A stretch of DNA of 29,786 bases from positions 1 through 29,786 of the IMG/VR virus record IMGVR_UViG_3300032295_001737. One strand, 5' to 3'. The position numbers and the translations under genes are program-made. Shown here piece by piece: positions 26,790 to 29,786 of this stretch (position 1 is its first letter; each line of letters opens with the position of its first letter). Origin of the DNA: a virus (taxonomy: Duplodnaviria; Caudoviricetes). Below the pieces are notes generated by a model that ran no database searches, was not told where the DNA came from, and was given only the letters and a program-made list of their open reading frames with translations.

Positions 26790-27373
26790 TCAAATGTATA
26801 CTCTGGGTCAAGGTATTGATAGATAACATTTTGTAGTGTATTGTTAATAATAATAGGATACTCTAACATTTTTAAATCAGTATATGCTGTTTCTTTAAAA
26901 AAGTCTAGTTTATTTTGTAATAGTACATTTAACTTTCCTTTCTTAACTATTTTAAAGATGGTTTTAGTGTTATGTGCATCAAACAGCCACAACACACATT
27001 TTCCATTTCGTTTTAGTATAGCTTTAATCTGGTACGGAACGATATAACTACTAATAAGAACATTATTTCGATGTTCTTTGTGTATTAGAGTTCTAGCCCC
27101 AGATATCCAAATATCTGAACTAAACTCCGTTTGATTATATCCGCTGATACCCACAAGGTCATCGTTGAAGTATAGTAAACAAAGTCCGCCTTGGACTTTG
27201 GAAAACCTTTTTTCTTTAAACATTACATCGTACCAATTATTTTTAGGTTGGTCCAAATTGTGATGTTGGTAAAGATAATTGGAACTATCACCGTTTTCAT
27301 CACAGAACTGTACGATTTGGAATATATCCAACTCGGAAATGCTGTCTGAAAAAACTTCTTTGATTGTGTACAT
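26762..27373 (-). CDS. putative GNAT-fold acyltransferase
   Basis: LLYFNDDLVGISG and ARTLIHKEHRNN resemble GNAT beta3 and motif A (V.P.YRG.G). Confidence 0.55.
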   Translation of the reverse strand: MYTIKEVFSDSISELDIFQIVQFCDENGDSSNYLYQHHNLDQPKNNWYDVMFKEKRFSKVQGGLCLLYFNDDLVGISGYNQTEFSSDIWISGARTLIHKEHRNNVLISSYIVPYQIKAILKRNGKCVLWLFDAHNTKTIFKIVKKGKLNVLLQNKLDFFKETAYTDLKMLEYPIIINNTLQNVIYQYLDPEYTFDWNSLECTM

Positions 27374-27380
27374 TGGTAGA

Positions 27381-27388
27381 TATTTATA
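27381..27388 (-). promoter_or_regulatory. TATAAATA (T4 late promoter consensus) 7 nt before ATG 27373
   Basis: Plus strand reads TATTTATA at 27381-27388; no SD between motif and start. Confidence 0.65.
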
Positions 27389-27404
27389 TGCGTACTTTAC
27401 AAGG

Positions 27405-27433
27405 TTGACAAAACCAAAGTACTGTGCTATAAT
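27405..27433 (+). promoter_or_regulatory. consensus sigma70 promoter with extended -10
   Basis: TTGACA (27405-27410), 17-nt spacer ending TGc, TATAAT (27428-27433), in the only long intergenic region. Confidence 0.85.
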
Positions 27434-27521
27434 AAACGCTGTTGTGTAGAATTGACTATTTTAAGCCACATACTGCTTATCTAAAGTTAATTAGACATAA
27501 CTATTTTACCACTAACGAAAG

Positions 27522-27528
27522 AGGAGGT
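27522..27528 (+). promoter_or_regulatory. strong Shine-Dalgarno AGGAGGT
   Basis: 5 nt before ATG 27534. Confidence 0.85.
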
Positions 27529-27533
27529 CTTAA

Positions 27534-28109
27534 ATGACTGAATATACGCTAGAAAGGGAACAAGCGCAAGTAGATATGACTGCCATAGTGCAGGCAACCA
27601 AAGTTCTACTAATGGCGCTAGCACTGATGTTTTCAGTGCTTATGCTCAAATGGGTAGTTGTTGACAAGCTCGACAAATATGAACCTATTGAGAGTTCTCA
27701 AATCACAACAGCAATGCGAGAAAGACAATTAACCTGTCTTGCTACAAACATTTACTATGAAGCAGGAAATCAGCCCTTTGAAGGCAAGGTAGCCGTGGCT
27801 CAGGTAACAATAAACAGAACCGAAAGCGGTCTATACCCAGCTGATATTTGCAAAACTATCTACCAAAAGAACATTGTCTATGAAAAAGTTCTTTGCCAAT
27901 TTAGTTGGGTATGTGACAGGGCTGTTATGGCTAGAGCCATTAATAACGCTACTTTTAAAGAAAGTGAAGAAGTTGCCAAGAAAGTTCTACTAGAAGGGTT
28001 CCGACTACCCAGTTTAAAGGATGCAATGTATTTCCATGGAGATTACATCAATCCAGGCTGGAAACGAGAAAAGATTACAAAAATTGGAAACCACATTTTT
28101 TACAAATAA
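27534..28109 (+). CDS. SleB/CwlJ-type cell wall hydrolase (Hydrolase_2) with N-terminal membrane anchor
   Basis: CLATNIYYEAGNQPFEGKVAVAQVTINR (catalytic Glu in YEA), ICKTIYQ, CQFSW, AMYFH, PGW, KIGNHIFY; hydrophobic VLLMALALMFSVLMLKWVVV. Confidence 0.92.
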   Translation: MTEYTLEREQAQVDMTAIVQATKVLLMALALMFSVLMLKWVVVDKLDKYEPIESSQITTAMRERQLTCLATNIYYEAGNQPFEGKVAVAQVTINRTESGLYPADICKTIYQKNIVYEKVLCQFSWVCDRAVMARAINNATFKESEEVAKKVLLEGFRLPSLKDAMYFHGDYINPGWKREKITKIGNHIFYK

Positions 28110-28118
28110 GGACTTGAC

Positions 28119-28439
28119 ATGAAATTTATTGAACCTATTGCTAATCTAGTTAACTTTATCTATATGTTCTTCAAGGACCATCTAGGCCACATCAGTGCTC
28201 ATACACTAGGTTGGATTACTATTGTACTACTACACTTTTCAGCCGTTCCTACTTTGCTTGCTATTATTCTAGCACAAAGTGACAAGCTGCCTCCTTATGA
28301 TCTTATGTTATTTGTATGGGCCGCTCTAACTACATTGTTCTTCAAAAGTCTAATTGAGAAGAACTTCTTGTATGTTTCTACAATTTGTTTGGGATTTATT
28401 GCCCAAGTTGTAATGTTGGGAATGATCATATTCAAATAA
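28119..28439 (+). CDS. small membrane protein with about 3 TM helices (SemiSWEET/PQ-loop-like or holin-like)
   Basis: Three hydrophobic segments; TAAGGA SD; directly downstream of the hydrolase. Confidence 0.65.
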   Translation: MKFIEPIANLVNFIYMFFKDHLGHISAHTLGWITIVLLHFSAVPTLLAIILAQSDKLPPYDLMLFVWAALTTLFFKSLIEKNFLYVSTICLGFIAQVVMLGMIIFK

Positions 28440-28452
28440 ATAAATGCATGAG
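28437..28452 (+). promoter_or_regulatory. TAAATA motif plus start context, identical to 29257-29272
   Basis: TAAATAAATGCATGAG occurs at both 28437-28452 and 29257-29272. Confidence 0.65.
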
Positions 28453-28669
28453 AGCATTTGAATTTATATCTGAAAAAACTGACCCTTCAGTTTGTCGTAG
28501 CCCTAAACGCTTAGGCAGGAGTGATCATAGCTCTTGCGTAAGTCAAGGGCTACGCCCACATAATTCCAAGGGAAAAGGCCACACAGATGGCCATGGTAAT
28601 TACTTAAAAGGTAAAAAAGCTAAATCAGTCCATTACGGTGGTTCAGTAAAGGACTACGACGGCAAGTAA
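28448..28669 (+). CDS. small basic protein (73 aa), candidate internal head protein
   Basis: Start moved to ATG 28448. N-terminus MRAFEFISE resembles the T4 capsid-targeting sequence MKTYQEFIAE; the rest is rich in K, R, G, H and S. Confidence 0.6.
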   Translation: MRAFEFISEKTDPSVCRSPKRLGRSDHSSCVSQGLRPHNSKGKGHTDGHGNYLKGKKAKSVHYGGSVKDYDGK

Positions 28670-28681
28670 TTACTTACCGTC
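28658..28681. terminator. 24-bp near-perfect palindrome across two abutting stop codons; possible bidirectional terminator
   Basis: GACGGCAAGTAA|TTACTTACCGTC, 11 of 12 positions complementary; no clean U-tract. Confidence 0.45.
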
Positions 28682-28912
28682 AATCATTAATTTAATTTTA
28701 GCAATTGCATCCTTAACGATAAGAAATTCTTCAGTGCTTTTATCGTTAATTTCAATACCGAACTCGTCTTCTAGCTCTACAATCATTTCTACTACAGAAA
28801 TGCTATCAACATCAAGATCTTTTACTAAATGTGCATCGTCGGTTAATTGATCCATTTCTAAATCAAAACATTCGCACATAATTTCTTTGATTCGTTTTTC
28901 TAAGTTATCCAT
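28670..28912 (-). CDS. acpP: acyl carrier protein
   Basis: Start moved to ATG 28912 (80 aa, acidic). DLDVDSISVVEMIVELEDEFGIEI matches the ACP phosphopantetheine site [24 protein letters not shown]. Confidence 0.85.
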   Translation of the reverse strand: MDNLEKRIKEIMCECFDLEMDQLTDDAHLVKDLDVDSISVVEMIVELEDEFGIEINDKSTEEFLIVKDAIAKIKLMIDGK

Positions 28913-28913
28913 A

Positions 28914-29240
28914 TTATACCCTAAATGATTCTCCGCACCCGCAACGATCTCTTTCGTTGGGGTTCTTAAATTCAAATCCTTCATTTAATCCGTTTTTAGC
29001 CCAGTCTATTATTGTACCATTCATATATACTTTATCTCTAAGAGAAACTAGTATTATAAATTCTGGGTAAACAATTCTGTCAACTGTAGGATCGAACTTA
29101 TCTTCGTTTATATATTCTAACACATAAGCAAGACCTGAGCAACCTGTAGTTTTTACGCCTACTTTTATTCCCATGCCCGACCGTCTCTTTCGAAGTAGCT
29201 CGATTATTTTTTGTTTTGCAATTTCAGTAACTGTTATCAT
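28914..29240 (-). CDS. iscA: A-type iron-sulfur cluster carrier protein
   Basis: GVKTTGCSGLAYVLEY, GLNEGFEFKNPN and C-terminal CGCGESF; all three conserved Cys present. Confidence 0.93.
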   Translation of the reverse strand: MITVTEIAKQKIIELLRKRRSGMGIKVGVKTTGCSGLAYVLEYINEDKFDPTVDRIVYPEFIILVSLRDKVYMNGTIIDWAKNGLNEGFEFKNPNERDRCGCGESFRV

Positions 29241-29247
29241 GACAGGG

Positions 29248-29262
29248 TATTTACCGTAAATA
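29248..29262. promoter_or_regulatory. inverted pair TATTTAC-C-GTAAATA, back-to-back late-promoter-like motifs
   Basis: Perfect 7-bp inverted repeat; minus-strand TAAATA is 7 nt before iscA ATG 29240, plus-strand TAAATA is 5 nt before ATG 29268. Confidence 0.65.
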
Positions 29263-29267
29263 AATGC

Positions 29268-29786
29268 ATGAGCAAAATTGTTTTACTAAGTTATAACGGC
29301 GGTAGTTGCGGAGAGTTCCTGTCATTACAAATATCTAAAGATGAAAATTATTATCCATTGACAGTCGAGCATATTACAGAAGAGAACAGATGGATATTAG
29401 TCAGCCCGTTAGAAAAATACAAAATTAATTTAAAGACTCCTTGGCTTAGAGGTAATACTGGGTCAGTTAGTAATGAAATATCTGATAGAATTGATCAGGA
29501 GATGTCAGAGAAACATTTATTAATTCCAACACATATATATGAGACAGAAAATAGAACTAACCTAAGACGATTACATCGAATAAGATTACAATCAAGAGAT
29601 TGGAACTTGTTTTTCTTTACACTTTTATGGATTAAGAATTATACAAAGCCTATTCCACTCATTAACAATATTATTGATGACGATTTGTTATTCTCATTAA
29701 AAGTATCTAAAAATAAAGAATTAGCAAATGTAATGCTTGATCGAATAAAATCTCGAGGGTTATACTATGGATTTGAAAGACCCGCA
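29268..29786 (+). CDS. 3'-truncated ORF absent from the supplied track; sulfotransferase-fold-like, related to the 21914-24916 paralogs
   Basis: Open for 173 codons to the window edge: MSKIVLLSYNGGSCGEFLSLQIS...ENRW...LLIPTH; N-terminus mirrors VVAFTNGSCGSFI. Confidence 0.7.
   Translation, partial: MSKIVLLSYNGGSCGEFLSLQISKDENYYPLTVEHITEENRWILVSPLEKYKINLKTPWLRGNTGSVSNEISDRIDQEMSEKHLLIPTHIYETENRTNLRRLHRIRLQSRDWNLFFFTLLWIKNYTKPIPLINNIIDDDLLFSLKVSKNKELANVMLDRIKSRGLYYGFERPA

Noticed and set aside
27434-27533. Structured ncRNA or riboswitch in the hydrolase leader, and a second TTGACT promoter at 27452
   Set aside because: Only a weak AT-rich hairpin (TCTAA...TTAGA) is visible, and TTGACT has no -10 at a proper spacing
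28114-28119. TTGACA just before the membrane protein gene
   Set aside because: It overlaps the start codon and has no matching -10 element; likely chance
14-29240. Stop-codon reassignment, since none of the 37 complete genes ends in TAG (16 TGA, 21 TAA)
   Set aside because: Genes are full-length under the standard code with no in-frame TAG, and TAG is normally rare in AT-rich phages
1-29786. tRNA, rRNA, integrase, transposase, intron or intein
   Set aside because: No intergenic space or motifs for these, and no unexplained insertions in the enzymes by eye

Overview
AT-rich, almost fully coding segment that reads as part of a large (jumbo/T4-like) bacteriophage genome, although no hallmark structural or replication gene lies in the window. 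It holds 37 complete genes and one 3'-truncated gene. Most form a ~27 kb island of tailoring enzymes built from tandem paralog blocks: 2 GT8-like and 2 GT2-like glycosyltransferases (one carrying five ~67-74 aa Trp/Tyr-rich repeats), 4 radical SAM enzymes with an N-terminal Twitch/SPASM-type Cys cluster, 4 HxD...H 2OG-Fe(II)/AspH-like oxygenases, 3 PP-loop (SGGxDS) ATP pyrophosphatase-fold proteins, 2 SAM methyltransferases, 2 delta-9-type fatty acid desaturases, 5-6 sulfotransferase-fold proteins, 2 possible GNATs and an orphan Bug/TctC binding protein. The right end has a SleB-type cell wall hydrolase and a 3-TM protein behind a perfect sigma70 promoter, a small protein with a T4-like capsid-targeting N-terminus, and a coupled iscA-ACP pair. 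The first 15 genes (14.4 kb) all overlap each other. Nearly every uncoupled start has a T4-late-like TAAATA motif just upstream, often close enough to imply leaderless mRNAs. The best overall hypothesis is a late-expressed, phage-encoded pathway that chemically decorates virion proteins or the host envelope. All family calls come from motif reading, not database searches.
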